A stretch of DNA of 64,000 nucleotides from Zootoca vivipara (GCF_963506605.1 NC_083279.1:39742001-39806000); one strand, 5' to 3'; positions 37,810-51,192 are shown, numbered from the stretch's first letter. Numbers and translations are program-made. The notes: a model not told the origin generated them from the sequence alone.

Positions 37810-37932
37810 AACCCTGTAAGGTAGGTTAGGCTGGTGGCTGGTAACTGGCATAAGGTCACCCAATGAGCTTCAAATCCTAGTCTGGATTTGAACTCTGGTC
37901 TTGCAGGTTCTGGTCTGACACTCTAACCACTC
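37810..37932 (-). mobile_element. Old CORE-type SINE remnant (Squam3/MIR-like)
   Basis: ACCCTGTAAGGTAGGTTAGGCTG...AAGGTCACCCA...TTTGAACTC...CTCTAACCACT. Confidence 0.55.
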
Positions 37933-38855
37933 ATGAATTCATGGAGGAAAAATTGTGAAGTAGGCTAACGATTGCTTACACTGACCCTCTGCTTAACAAA
38001 CGAGTGAGAAGCCCTTCATGTATTGCAAGGGAAACGGCTCCATGTTAGCAATTGAGTGCTACCTTATTCTGCTTTGTAATGCTGGCAACAGTCCTGACAG
38101 CAACGATCCAGAGACCATCACTTCAACCACAGATGTGGGAGCTCAAACACAAATGTTTCAGATTGCCTTCTTACACTGTATCTCAAAGAGCAGCTAATGC
38201 CTGGAACCTGACAGAAATAGCAGTGCTATCCATCATCTGAATTCAATTCAAACTCTATACAAGGCTTCTTTATTAATTACATGCTTATCTTAATACCCTA
38301 GAAAATAAGTTACCCAAATGAAAACGGGTAGTACGTGCTAAAAGAATGCGAGCGTACAGTAGGCATCAAATCCTTTTAGCACTAATGAATTTATACCATG
38401 CAGTTAAAAATATACAGCAGTCAGCAGAGCTTGGTTTAAAAGAAGAAGAAGAAGACTTCAGAGTTCCACCATTAATATTTGATATTGTCAATGAATATTA
38501 TCTGGCAGCACAAAACCTTTCATCTGGTCATTGTACCTGGAAAAATAAAAACCCATTTACATGGGGGTGGCTATTACAGTATCTGGGATATTGTATCTGT
38601 GTTAAAGTGAAGAAATTTAGTAAAGATAGGAGGCAGATTATGAGTTGGTTGAATAAACAGAAAAGTGTGGGATAAATTAATGGGAATATGTAGAACTACC
38701 ACACAAGCAAATCAGGACGAATGCTCATTGTTGTATGACCTCCACACAAATGTCAGCATGAATGTTCAATATAAATATCATCTAACCTCTTCCTAAGCTT
38801 TGTGCAAGCAAATCAGGATGAATGCTCAATGAGCAGGTCATCTTGCCTTCTGTTA

Positions 38856-39047
38856 CAGTGGTACCTTGGTTTATGAAAACAATTGGTTCCGGAAGTCTGT
38901 TCATAAACTAACTGAAGCATTCATAAACTGAAGCAAACTTTCCCATTGAAAGTAATGGAAAGTGAATTAATCCGTTCCAGATGGGTCCGTGGTGTTCGTA
39001 AACCGAAAATTCGTAAACCGAGGTGTTCATAAACAGAGGTTCCACTG
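38856..39047. mobile_element. Tigger-like MITE (192 bp)
   Basis: TA|CAGTGGTACCTTGGTTTATGAA ... TTCATAAACAGAGGTTCCACTG|TA. Confidence 0.85.
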
Positions 39048-39589
39048 TATATTTTAGTGCTGTTTGATGTTTTATTGTATTTTAACTTGGTTGTAAACTG
39101 CCTCAAGAATTTTGATTAGAAAACAGGATGGTGCTGTTTTAAATAATAAGTAAAAACAACAACAGTTGACTTTGGAGGTGGTTCTTACAAAAACCAAATC
39201 TTCAGATTTATAAAAGGTAATCTTTTTGATCTTCAACAGAGATGTGTAACTTTGATTATGAGTGGCCAAATCCTACACATGGCTGCTGTCTACTTAGAAG
39301 CAAGTCCCAATGAATTCAATGGAGCTTAGTCCCTGGGTTCATAACACTTAATACAGTTCCATTTCTCCGATGTTAAAAAATCAGGGGGGAGGATAGATGC
39401 TATTTGGATTTCTAAAGGGCTAACTCTCTTCTTAGAAAAAGCAATTCGGTAACAGTACATATGGAAATAACGCCTGTAAAATTAGCAAAAATAAGTAAAT
39501 TATATAATAATAAGAATAAGTGCTGGAGATGTAAGGAACAGGTAGGCACATACTACCACATGCATAAAGATACAAATATTTTGGAATTT

Positions 39590-40240
39590 GATTTACGAAG
39601 AAATAAAAAGATTCATTAAAATTACATTTAGCAAGAAACCAGAAGAATATTCCCAAAAAGAAGATTAGGTTATTTATGTATGCGACGTCAGCAGCAAGGG
39701 GTATAGTGGCAAAACATTGGAAAGATAAAAATATACCTACTAAAGATGAATGGGTAGCTAAATTGTGCAAGTACTTGGAGCTCGCGAAGCTGACAGATGC
39801 AATAAGAGGTAAACCTAAAAGGATGGTGAAAGAAGAATGGGAATGCTTAAATAATTATTTGAGGGGTAAGGGTCCACCAACAAAGTCCTGGTTATGTTTA
39901 GAATGATACAGCATAGGGAAGTGTTCCCTGATACCAAGATGAGGGACTCCATGGAATGCAGATAGAGAGAAGTGATGAGAATTAATGATCTGTTGTGACC
40001 TTGGCGGAAGCGTACAACAGACAAGCCTTCTAGTTTGTGGCTAGTTTGTATTTGCATTTTGTTCTTTGTTTTTGCTCTGTGTTTTCTTTTTTTTGTCCCC
40101 CCCTTTTTTACTTTATTCTTACCCTTTGTAGTTTTGTACTCTTTATTATTTATTGTTAAGGATTCTTTTTTTTTTTGTAATTTGGGTTGTTTCATTTTTG
40201 CCTGTATCTGTAAATAAAATATATCAAAACAACAACAACA
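39590..40240 (+). mobile_element. L1-clade LINE 3' fragment
   Basis: MYATSAARGIVAKHWKDKNIPTKDEW... L1 ORF2 C-terminus; T-rich UTR; AATAAA and A-rich tail. Confidence 0.75.
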
Positions 40241-43200
40241 CTGTATACAGTTCATTGAGAAATATATTATTATTAAAAAATAACTTGTGAGAATAGTAGT
40301 GCTTCACAGCTACCTGTTTTTTTCCCTCCTCTTGCTGACATACTGTGATCCCATCTTTGAACAATGCTGTTAATGGCTTTAATAATGGCTTATACAGTAA
40401 GTACCACAGTTTACATCTGCTATTAATCATCTAGATACTTTAAGACTACGCATGCTGCCATTGCAAATGAATAAACTGAGCCATAAATCCCAACTGATTA
40501 CATGTAATTGTACCAAGCCAACAACCCAGCTTTGCTTATCTTTCATCAGCTCTCCTCCTCTAAAGTGTTTCTTTTTCTTTTTTTCAAATCCAGTGAATAT
40601 ATTACTTTGTTGCTGTAAAGATACCACCATAGAATTTCTAATGTGCTTTCATACTTAGCTGCATCAGGAAAAAGGTCAGTGCATAACACTCTGTAGTCTA
40701 AGGATGGACCAAAGTAAACACAGTATATCAACAATAGTGTCTCTTTTTAAAGTTAATTTGTCCTTGAAGGGATGCTCTACCAGTCCTCTGAGTGGTTTGC
40801 TTGGTGGAAAGGATGAAAACTACCTGGGTTTTCTCTTGATTCCCAACTTCTAATGACCAGGAGGACTCCACTCAACTGAGTTCTTTATTTGCACTCTCCT
40901 TCAATTCCACATTTGAGGGGAAATGATAGTAAACAGATACTGTTTTGGCTGCAATCCTGAACGTGTTTACTTGGAACACAAAATGGGACTTACTTCCAAG
41001 TAAGCATGCATAGGATCATTCTGTCAGTTCACCAAGGGTGGCACTAAATGACCTTCAGCGCTGAAATGTGACATCAAAATTTGATAGTCCTTGACGGACT
41101 GGCTGAATGAGAGTAATAAAAGTTTTACCCAATTCTCCCACAAGTCAGTTGCTGAGCTTTGTCACAAACACTGCTACGGCGAGATGCTGTCAGTTACAGT
41201 ACTGAATGGTACCACATGATGCCAGCTGCCATATTCCACTAAATATTGACTGTTAGTTGTCAAATATTGAATTTTGATTCCCACTGCCGAGCAGCTGTTA
41301 GAGGCTCTCAAATATTGATGCCTACTGCAGAATATTTGGATGTTAAATGCTGATACTTGGTTATCACACACCTGCTAAATGTGCATAGCTCCGGAGAATA
41401 TATGGCATCAAAATCAAGGAATATAATTTCGAAGAAGAAAAATCGGGGGCAAATTTGTTTCATCTCTAGGCAGATTATATTGCTCGTTTCAATGAGATGT
41501 TAAGGGTACCTTTAAATAATTAACATTTCTGTACCTAAGCCAGTCCTCTGTTCAGGATAATGTGCTCTGTCAAAGCACTTACTGTTAAACATCTTGAACA
41601 GGGTTAGATTTAGATTCACTGTAACTTCCACATGTCTGTTTTGAACCAAGCGTGGGCTGTCAGAAAAACTGTTATTGGCCTTGGCCCTTTACTTACCATT
41701 CTCTCTGCATCTAAAATGCTGGTGTATTTCTAACACCATAGCACCAAAGAACTGCCAAAATGACTGCAAATTATCTGTCTACCTATAAACATAGAATTCA
41801 ACTTTCAGTTCTGAAAATAGAAATGAAACACATGAATTTCACAACCAGACTATTCTGTTGGTGTTACTTTGATAGTGCTACAGCCCTTTGCCATATTTTT
41901 CCTCTTAAAATCTTGATTTCTCTTTCTATTAACAATGTTAGCTATATAAACTATGATCAGCTTTGACTACTTCTTACCATGTGTCACTTAAAAAACCATT
42001 TAAAAAGAAAAACCCCAATAGGGATGGACAGCTCAGTTTATTCTCTGACTGTGTCACATTTGCATTTGGTCACTCATAATCTCTTCTATTTCCACATGAT
42101 CCTCCATTTATATATATCATAATATCCATATTAAAGTGTACGTTTAAATAGTATTTTTCAAAATGATTTCTCTCAAAATATGCATTTATAAATGTATTTT
42201 ACCTCAAAATGCATTTTGACTTTTTGTTGCTGAGCTCAAACTGTGTTGCAACAGTCAAATACATGCAAAATTCCTTCTGATCTGCACCTTCTGATCTGGG
42301 TGGGTTTAGATCAAGTCCAATTGTATTAGAATTTGCAAATACTGAATTCCCCAAACCATGATTGATTCATCTAGCTAAAGTACCCCTACATCTCAGGGAA
42401 GACAAATAACGGGCTTTCGTAAAATCCATGCAATCTAGGCAATTTAAATGTTTCACCCACCTCTCTCTCCTCTTTCTCTCTTAAAATAACAAAACTGAAT
42501 ACAGAAAACACATGGTCTGATTTCTTTGGGGATTTGGAAGGATATATTTCCAACCATACCGGGTGTAGGTGGAATAACAAATGCACAGCTATTAAGAAGA
42601 ACGGAAATAAATAGCTGCTGAAACTGTTACTCCCCGAGAGGATTAGCACGAATAGCAAGCAGCAGCTATATATTTTTTTTTAGAAAAGTCCTGTTAAGGA
42701 CCAGAGCATAGGCTAAGAAGAATTATATCATAAAAATATTGATTCACGCTATAGATGAGGGCTGCACACTTGACAAAGACATACAGTGCACACTAGAAAG
42801 TGTGGGGCTTTTCTAAGTTATGGGAAGACTTCTAAAATAGTTTCCCACATGTAGCCTTGGAGGTATATAATCAAGGAGAAATCTTTCAATGGGATCCAGA
42901 TGAATTTACCAGGTTTTGTACCACTATTACTCTGATTTTCATTGGAAAGGCACAAAGTGTTGCAACTGACCAAGTGTACCATGTACTTAAAAGTGAAGGG
43001 GTGTAAATGAGGTATGCCAGTTCCTGCCTGCTTATGTGGACGCTGCTCTACTGCCCTCAAGATGGTGGTTTTGCCTACTGTGCTACCTTGTGAAGGAGTA
43101 GCAGGACAAAGAGATCAATCCAACCCCTTGGGCCAGAAGTGGCAGGGCTTGATAGAGTGGTGTGGCCCCTGTTGTATCCATAGCACCTCCACTCATGTTG

Positions 43201-43629
43201 CCCAGGGTGAAAAATGAGAAAGGGAAGGAAAAAATGCCTCTTGGCTGTGCTATCTCCCAGGCTGATGTAGCAAGGAGGTCTGGATTGGCCATATTGCCAT
43301 CATGTGATAGCTGGTCTGGCTCAAGATCCAGCAGATAACAGCATTTTGGTGATTTCTGCTTGCTACTGCTGGTGGATATGCCCTGGGATATGTTACCCGT
43401 TAGCAGTTGCTCCACCCCACCTAGGTTGGGGTGCTCCTCACCAGCGGGATCCCTCCAGACTGCTGAAACTCTCTCACTAGTGGAGGCTGACAAGAGTTGT
43501 GCAGGGCTGGGCAGTGGGAGACCTCTGCCTCATCCAAGATCCTTCCAGCATGGTGCATTGGGAACTTGAATTGCTCTGTATTATTAGTATTAAAATTTGT
43601 ATACACATTTTAAAAGGGCACTGGATGTC

Positions 43630-43850
43630 AATCAGCCAAAGGCTTGGTTAAAGAGGAACGTTTCTGCCTGGTGCCTAAAAGTGTGTAATGAAGGCGCCAG
43701 GTGAATATCCCTGGGGAAAGCAATCCACAAATGGGGAGCCACTGCAGAGAAGGCCCCTTCTTGTGTTGCCACCCTCAAACACGAGGCACACGAAGAAGGG
43801 CCTCAGAAGATGATCTCAGGGTCAGGGTAGGTTCATCTGGAAAGTGGTGA
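43630..43850 (-). mobile_element. L2 LINE 3' remnant
   Basis: GGGGAGCCACTGCAGAGAAGGCCC is the reverse of the L2 RAFSAVAP coding motif. Confidence 0.6.
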
Positions 43851-43959
43851 TCCTAATACAGTGGGTTATTTCTTCCCTCCTTTTCTTGCCTATCCTTTGA
43901 CTTGCCTTTCTTCTTTATAGGAAAACCTTGGCTGCAGACAGGTGACCAGGGCCAGCCCT

Positions 43960-44340
43960 AAGGCAAGGCTGGGTGGCGCAATGTGCCAGGGTGCCGGGCC
44001 GCCAGGGGGCCCCGTGCTGTGCCTGCCAGACAGCCCGGCCGCCCTCCCGCTCGCCCTGTTCCTTGCCTTCCTCCCCCTCCCGCCCGGGGTTCGAGTCCTG
44101 GCCTCAGCCTGGCGGGTCGGGGGCATGAGGAGGACAAGAGGCCGGTCGCTGCGCGGCACCGCCCCCCCAGCAGAGGCCTCCGCGCAGGAGGAGGCGGCGC
44201 CGGTACCCCGGAGGACAACCAGGCAGCCCGGCCCACCCGCTGCGGCGCCCCCGAGCCCAGCCTACCCTCAGCACCCGGCCCGCCCATGCCATGTCCCTCC
44301 TCTGCATCCGCGGTGAGTTGGGGGGCAGCGATCGATGTGG
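43960..44340 (+). promoter_or_regulatory. CpG island / promoter and 5' UTR of the putative UNC13-like gene
   Basis: Very GC- and CpG-rich block with GC boxes (CCCGCCC), no TIR or TSD, ending at a consensus splice donor. Confidence 0.7.
44291..44312 (+). CDS. Putative first coding exon of an UNC13/Munc13 gene (UNC13B-like): MSLLCIR + phase-1 donor
   Basis: gccATGTCCCTCCTCTGCATCCGCG|GTGAGT. UNC13B begins MSLLCVRV and UNC13A begins MSLLCVGV, each with a 22-nt phase-1 first coding exon as I recall. No downstream exons found in the window. Confidence 0.68.
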
Positions 44341-46221
44341 TCAAGACGGGTCTGCAGGTGACAACTGTCAGTGATCTTGTCACCTTTCCAACTCTTACCG
44401 TCTTACCTTTCTAATGGTGAGCTTGCCCTCAGCTAGTGTACAATGAAGCTTGTGCCTTGACTCTACTAGTTAACACTTGCCTGTAAAACTCATATGATTT
44501 ATGGCCAGATGTCCTAAGCTTCCTCAGATGTGTATGTCAGGGTTTTGTTTCACATTAATACACACACATGCACACTCCTATCCTGGGCTTTTAAAAAATT
44601 CAGAAAAACAGATTGGAAGGTGGGCTAAAATCATACACTGTTTGAGACAGCCAATTTATAAAACCAGAGTATTTTGCTAACTCCTAACCAAAAATGCACT
44701 TTGTAAATCCATGCATCCTGATTCTGAAATGCAGGTGATTTAAAGGAGGAGATCGAGCAATCTGAGAGAATGAAATAAGGCACGACATTATTTTGCTGCA
44801 GAGTCTGTTGCTATAGGGATTTTGCTCAATAAAAGTGATCATTCAGGGGCAGCTCTGTCCACATCACTGAAGGAAAGTCTATTTCCTGGCCAAGGCAAAT
44901 TACCAGGAGTAAATGCCTCATGCAACAATTTCCTTCCCATCATTTGTACTTTTGCTGTGCTCATCTGGCATTGATATGGATTGTGAAGAGAGTAGCATAG
45001 GTCACTGCATTTATTCCAAGGTACCTGAAAATATTCTGCACTGCACAAATAAGCTGTATTCATTACATTACTTAGTTTCAAGCTGGACAAGCCGGCAAAA
45101 GCAGTGTTATTGATTTCCCTCCCCTGTGTTCATGTCAGCCTCATATTCACTCTAGTGAAACTCTGCGGTCTGAGAAGGCGGCACATAGGGAAATCTACCA
45201 TTACATTGCATCTAATCTTGGATCATTCAGCAATGGGAGGCAAAAAGAACCCACTGCAAATCTCCTGGATTTGCAATATAGGCAGACAATAATAATAAGA
45301 AGAAGCTTCTCATTCTACCTTTATTTATTTTTATTATTAAAATATGTATATCGCCCGATACCTGCAGGTCTCAGGGTGGATCATAGGATAAAACCACAAT
45401 ATAAAAACACAAAATTATTATTTATTAATGTAACAATCACTGCAGCATTGCTAGCAGTTTTACTTTGAAGGCCAAACCAAATATGATCTGGAATTCCAGC
45501 ATTCCCCCTTGACTAGAGATGGGCAATAAATTTGATTTGGTTCACACTGAATTGCAAAACTACCTAACTCAGACTTTCTAAAACAACACACAAGCTGAAA
45601 CACAGGTCTCCTTTGAAACGCAGACATCTCTGAACGCTGCCCTTTTACAACCAACTAATATGTAAAGAAGTGCATATCCTGGATCAAAGAGAGTGCATTA
45701 AAATGCACACATTAGTGAAACTAAAAAGCCATTGAACTAAGGAATATTGCTTTGCAGAAATGTACATACAGGATTAGGGAAAATTGCATCCAAGCATATG
45801 TATGGTGGGATACATTTTCACAAAAAAATGTTACTGAATTCCCATGAGGACTTGGTGGACTGTTCATACATCATTCCACTTTCTAAGTTGTTCCCCAACA
45901 TTGCCACATTCTTGCTGTCTGGAGAGATACTCTTGCACGATAGTGCAACAAAAGTCTCTTTTCCTGCTGTTTTCAACAACTGGCATACTGCCTAAACTGT
46001 GGGTGGCACAGCATAGCCATCATGGTTACCGTAGTAGCCACTGATAGCCTTATCCTCCATGAATTAGTCCAATTGTGTCTTAAACCAACCCAACCCTAGA
46101 ACATACATGGTATAAAAAGTTACAGTATTTTAGCAGGAAGCTACAGGAGATGCACCAATTGGAAACAAAGCAGGATATCCACTCCAAAACTTTTGCAGGC
46201 ACAAGCAGGGCCATGCATAAC

Positions 46222-47012
46222 TGTCCTGATACTATCATGGCCACAAATCATGTCCTCCCTTAAAGTGGGCACGTGTTGCGGTAAGACCTGGCAACCAAAC
46301 CCTGTGTTGTGGATGGGTATGATTGGATAGCCACAACACCCTATTGGTAGGTCCTTTGATGCAGGGTTCAATCAGGCCAATGGGACGCAGGCTAGACAGA
46401 TCAAGGGACCTATATATGCATGTGACCCAGAGCTTCCTCTTTCGTTGTGTGCTTCGGAACATCTGCCCACCTCTCCCTACTTTTAGGGCTTGTTGCGCTT
46501 GACCTTGCTATGCCGTCGTGTGTCACCAGTTGTTGGGACAGGGGCACAGCATGAATTTCCCCCACTTGGCTGATTGGATGGTGTCATTTGGGTTTCGCCT
46601 ATCACGTAGCAAATCGTCACAACTTGTAAGGTTGTGGATAGGCTCTGGTTCAGGCAATAGGGATGGGGGAATGCTCTCGCCATCCCTATGTGAAGGGTAT
46701 TCTGTTAAAGGAATCCAGGGACTCAATGGTTTGGTCAACCCTGCAAAGGGTTGTGCCTGTACCTGAGTCCAGGGGGACATCTGGGTGGTGGACATAGCCT
46801 GTCCCCTGCTTTCCGCCTATCCAGGTGTTCACCCTTGGCTGACCTATGCTGGTGCCCTGGGTCAGCGCTACCTGCAATGGTGCCGGGAGCTAGTCAAACC
46901 AGAGCCTATGCAACCACTCACTTGCTGTAATCAATAAAGCTGCCAAAAACCAAACCAAAATTTGAGTCTTGTGTGAATTTATTTAAGGGAGAGGTTTAAA
47001 GGTCTGAATATG
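46222..47012 (+). mobile_element. Possible solo LTR / DIRS-type terminal repeat (boundaries uncertain)
   Basis: CCAAT/ATTGG boxes, TATA-like TATATATG, AATAAA at 46933-46938 in LTR-like order; no TSD found. Confidence 0.35.
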
Positions 47013-47223
47013 CAAATCATAAATACACAAAGAAAAGGATGTCTGGAGAGGACCTGAGTGGTCCTGGCTGGTTGTTAGAATAGGACCACAGTTCTAGGAA
47101 GGAAGGTGCAGGTACAGTGGTTTTGTATTCACATGTTTCTTTTACTGTATAAATCAGGCCCACACAGTCTATGTGATTGTCCCAGCTCCATGCTTAAATC
47201 ATGTGGAAGTGATGTTGTCAGTC

Positions 47224-47386
47224 ACCATTGTAGCTTGGTGGCAGAGCAGCTGCTTTGCATGAGTAAGGTCCCCAGTTTGAATCCTAGCATCTAGATAGTT
47301 TGGGGAAGACTGCTCTCTACCAGTCAGTGCCAACAATACTGAATTAGATGAACCAATGACTTTTTGTAAGATAGCTTCCTATGCTC
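47224..47386 (+). mobile_element. tRNA-derived squamate SINE (Squam2-like)
   Basis: GTAGCTTGGTGGCAGAGCAGCTGCTTTGCATG...GTCCCAGTTTGAATCC head; AGCTTCCTATG tail. Confidence 0.6.
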
Positions 47387-50300
47387 CTGTGTAGTGTGGC
47401 CCTGGGTGCATATGGTTGAGCCCTTTTGCTGATAACCACATTGCCCTCTGGCTGAGGGGGCTATCGTTCCACCTACAATCAGTTGCAAGAGATTTGCTGT
47501 GGAAAGGTAAAGTAAGGTTTTTCTTTAATTACTCTAAATCTGTCAAAGGAAACAGCTGAATCAGTTCTGCAGCTAGAGAGTGAGAAAGAATGCTATTTTT
47601 TTGTGAGGAACTTGGCAAAATGGTTAAGATTAGGATTTACTGGACCTGCAGGGTGTTGGAGGAATAAAATGAACACTAAGCGGTTTGGAGCAGAGCAGAC
47701 TGCAAAAGGTAAGATGGGCTTTTCTGAATGGAGTGAGACAAAAATATCTCCTCCGACCGTTTGCTAAGCCAGGAAGACTCCCCAGTCAAAATGCTATGTA
47801 ATACTGTTAGCAAATGATTTATTTTCAAACTACGGGGGCATCTGGATTGAGAATCTCAGTTCAGAAAGAAGTTAAACCTTTTTTTTTTGAAGAAGAGCAA
47901 GAAACCTGAGACTCGGATAGCATGTCGAAGTGAACTTTGGATGCTATGGCCTCTACTATTGCAAAGTTAATTTGGTTTCTCAATACTGCAACATCAGAGC
48001 AGCTCATCAGTATATTCAACCTTATAATCTCTCTATCAGGGAAACAAATATAAATTCCATGTAAGGGGGGGTCTAGAAGACCACGTAGCCCATGCTCTCT
48101 GACAGTGAAGGCATTACAACTGCTAGGCCAGAAGGCAGCAAGGTCAACTGCAGGTGGAGCCAAAGCAAATGGCTGGTGGAGCCAACTAATTCCACTTTTA
48201 TCCCATCCTTCTCTCTGTTGACTTCTACAAAAGTCCTTGACACTAAGGAGCGTCAAGGACCGATTCCCCAAACCTGGGACCAACCCTGCAAGGTACACTG
48301 CCACCACTACTTCTGTTCAGCCAGCCTGGGTCAGGAGACTCCCAAACCTTACTGGATAACCTTGAGAGTCAAGGGAAACAAATGGCAACCAAAGGGTTAA
48401 TGGTGGATTCAGTACCAAGGTGTCGGCCAAACAGACCGAAACCAATGAAATTGAGGTAGATACATTAAAAAGGGGGGGAACCCTACCAGTATAAAATAGG
48501 ACCCCAAGTACTCATAAAAAGTACAAATAGAAAATCCAATTGACAAGAGTAGTTGGGAATTATAAATCAGACTACAATAACAAAGCTAACTTTATGCACA
48601 CAACAAAATATTCCTATAATCCAGACATGGGTCCCCAGGTATTGTTGGACTACAAGTCCCAGCATTGCTAGTGAGAAGGGTCAGCAGCCAGGGATGATGG
48701 GAGTTGTAGTTCCAAGACATCTGGAGAGCCAAGTTTGCCTATGCCTGGTCCATAGCATGAAAGGCATGGTCTCCCAGGTGTTGCAAAGAGACAAGATGAA
48801 AGAGATGCAGAGCCCCACCACACACACAAGGCTAGCTTTATGGTAAACAGCAAAGCAACTGGGTGAGTCGCCTAAACCAGTCAGAAGGCTTTGAAGCAAG
48901 AACTTTCCAGTACTTTTGTGCACCTGCATCCCCACATGACTATGCAACTGAAACCACCTCCCAATTAGGAGGCCTAATCCCTGGCCTTGAAGCACAGCTA
49001 CGTCAGCCTGATGAAATCATCCAAATTACTGAGAAGTAGCCATTTTCCTGACAACAAAAAGGAAAGTGACAGCTAGTGGCATACCCAGGTCTGGTTGTAA
49101 GGGCGTAGGCAAGTGAGGACCAGCTGGAGGCAGACTGATCTTGGTGGGGCGGAGCTCCACCTACCTCTCACTTGCCCTAATCACAGACCAGCCTCTGCTA
49201 CTCTCTGCTGTGCAGAAAGCTGCTCCTCTTCATAAATGATACCCCCACCCCAGGTCAAGGGGAACAATATGCAAGGCCAGTCCAATGTTGGCACCTGAAG
49301 CAGAAATACCACACTTTTCACTAGGAGTAAAAATACAGTCATAATAAAAGGATTAACTATCAGTATGGTGCCCTGCAAAATCAATTTCCTGAGCTGGCTG
49401 CTTCATTCCACAATAAACCCAAAAAGTCAATGTTCACAATTCAGATAGTCATGTACCATAACCAGTAGAAAGGAAAAGCTGTATCGGTATGTATTCTGGC
49501 CTGAAATATGCATTCAGACCAAGTAGCTCCTGGTGACCATACAAGATTCACACAATTAGGGTTTCCCATTGTTCTTTCTTCTGTAAAATAACATCACATG
49601 CGGTGCTCTCCCATTTTAATTAATTTAATTCTCTAATGTATTATGCATGGGGCTTCCAGTGAAGACTTCTCAGTTAGTTCAGAACACAGTTGCTAATTGG
49701 GACTGGCCTTAGAAAACACAGCTCGCCAGTATTTCATAAGAAGCTGTCCCATTTCTAAGCATAATTCAAATCTGTGCTGCTTACCTGTAAAGACTTGGGA
49801 CCATCTTCTCCCAGATCTGCCTCCCTATGCAGATAGACGTCAGAGGCCCTTCTCCACAGGCTCCTGCCTTCTGAGATCAGACAGGTGGTGATGAGGGATG
49901 GGACCTTTTCTACTTGTGGCTCCTCATATATGGAATTCTTAAGGGAGGCTCAGGTCTACTGTTAAGTCTTTTTTGGGACCAGGCAGATACACTTATAGTC
50001 CTCTCTAGACCTTTGAATTGTCTTTTATTAGCTGTGAGTCCCAAAACACCTGCTCCCTGCCTTGCAGGCCTTTCCCCATCTAGCCTGGGAAGGTGGGGCC
50101 TTGATTGACTCCAGCTGCAAAAGCTGAGGCTGCTGAACAGACTCTTGGGCTGGTGCTTTGTTGTGGAGAGGAGGAAGTTAGTGCTGTTATTGAGATTAAT
50201 ATTGTGTATCTTTATTTTTAGATCTTATTAAGAGTTATGTGGAAAGCATTCAATTTGGTTGTGTGCACTTTTTGATGTGTTTTATTTACTGTTTACGACT

Positions 50301-51055
50301 TCTTTGGCTATGTTTGTAATTAGCTAAAAAGAAATATGCTGTAAGCTGCCTTGAGAATGGAAAGGCAGCATATAAATAAAATGATGGAGGGAGGGAGGGA
50401 GGGAGGAATTATTTTTCTGCATTTTACATCAGATTGTTTTAACTTTGCTGCTCTTTGGTATGATTTTTTTAAAAAATGTGTTTCTAAGCACCACAAGAGC
50501 TGAACTGGTTTTTTTCTTTTCTTTTTAAAAATCTTTAAATCAATGACACACACACCATACATTTGGCCTCCCTGCAAAGAATGATGGGAACTGGAGTTTC
50601 AGGGAACTGGTAATTGTAGCTCTGTGAAAGGTAAACTGCATTTCCCAGGATTCTTTAGAGAAAGCCATGTGCTTCAAATCTATGGTAATGTATGCAGCCT
50701 TAGTGCAATCCTCTATATGTCTACTCAGATGTTAAGTCTGATTGTTTAACTCCCATGTAAAAGTGGATCGGATTGCAGCCTTAAACCTCAAATGCCCCGA
50801 ATTATTTAAATCTGAAGACAATATTATATCACAAAGGACATAATTCTCCCAATAAGTACATGCAGTTCTTTTTTTCTGGGGGGACACAGGGGTGCACATA
50901 AACATTTTGTGAATCTAAGTTTGGCATCATTGAGGGGCAGTATTTCAGTATGGGTAGGAAAATGAGAGTACCCCTAAACACTTAAAAAAAAAGCACTGAG
51001 CACTATACATGTTTTACTTTTCTTGTGACGTGTGTATGCATTTTACATATTATGG

Positions 51056-51192
51056 CAGGCATCCCCAAACTTCGGCCCTCCAGATGTTTTGGACTACAAT
51101 TCCCATCATCCCTGACCACTGGTCCTCTTAGCTAGGGATCATGGGAGTTGTAGGCCAAAACATCTGGAGGGCCGCTGTTTTGGGGATGCCTG
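51056..51192. mobile_element. hAT MITE (137 bp), opposite orientation to the 34156 and 35224 copies
   Basis: TIR CAGGCATCCCCAAA; perfect TSD TATTATGG (51048-51055, 51193-51200). Confidence 0.9.

Noticed and set aside
38705-38830. 24-bp direct repeat CAAGCAAATCAGGA(C/T)GAATGCTCA spaced ~100 bp apart
   Set aside because: Only two units, consistent with an ordinary local duplication; not an array, and CRISPR is not applicable in vertebrate DNA
44268-44286. TCAGCACC as a REST/RE1 site in the putative UNC13 5' UTR
   Set aside because: Only the left half-site is present; the GGACAG half is missing
43890-44414. Long Pro/Ala/Gly-rich ORFs across the CpG island
   Set aside because: Stop-codon scarcity in GC-rich DNA explains them; the credible coding signal is the 22-nt exon in another frame
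47483-47506. AG...GT-bounded 24-nt segment as UNC13 exon 2
   Set aside because: Translates to VARDLLWK, with no resemblance to the expected VK[KR]AKF.G..D and the wrong size
48060-49184. Possible TG...CA solo LTR
   Set aside because: No matching TSD or confident termini
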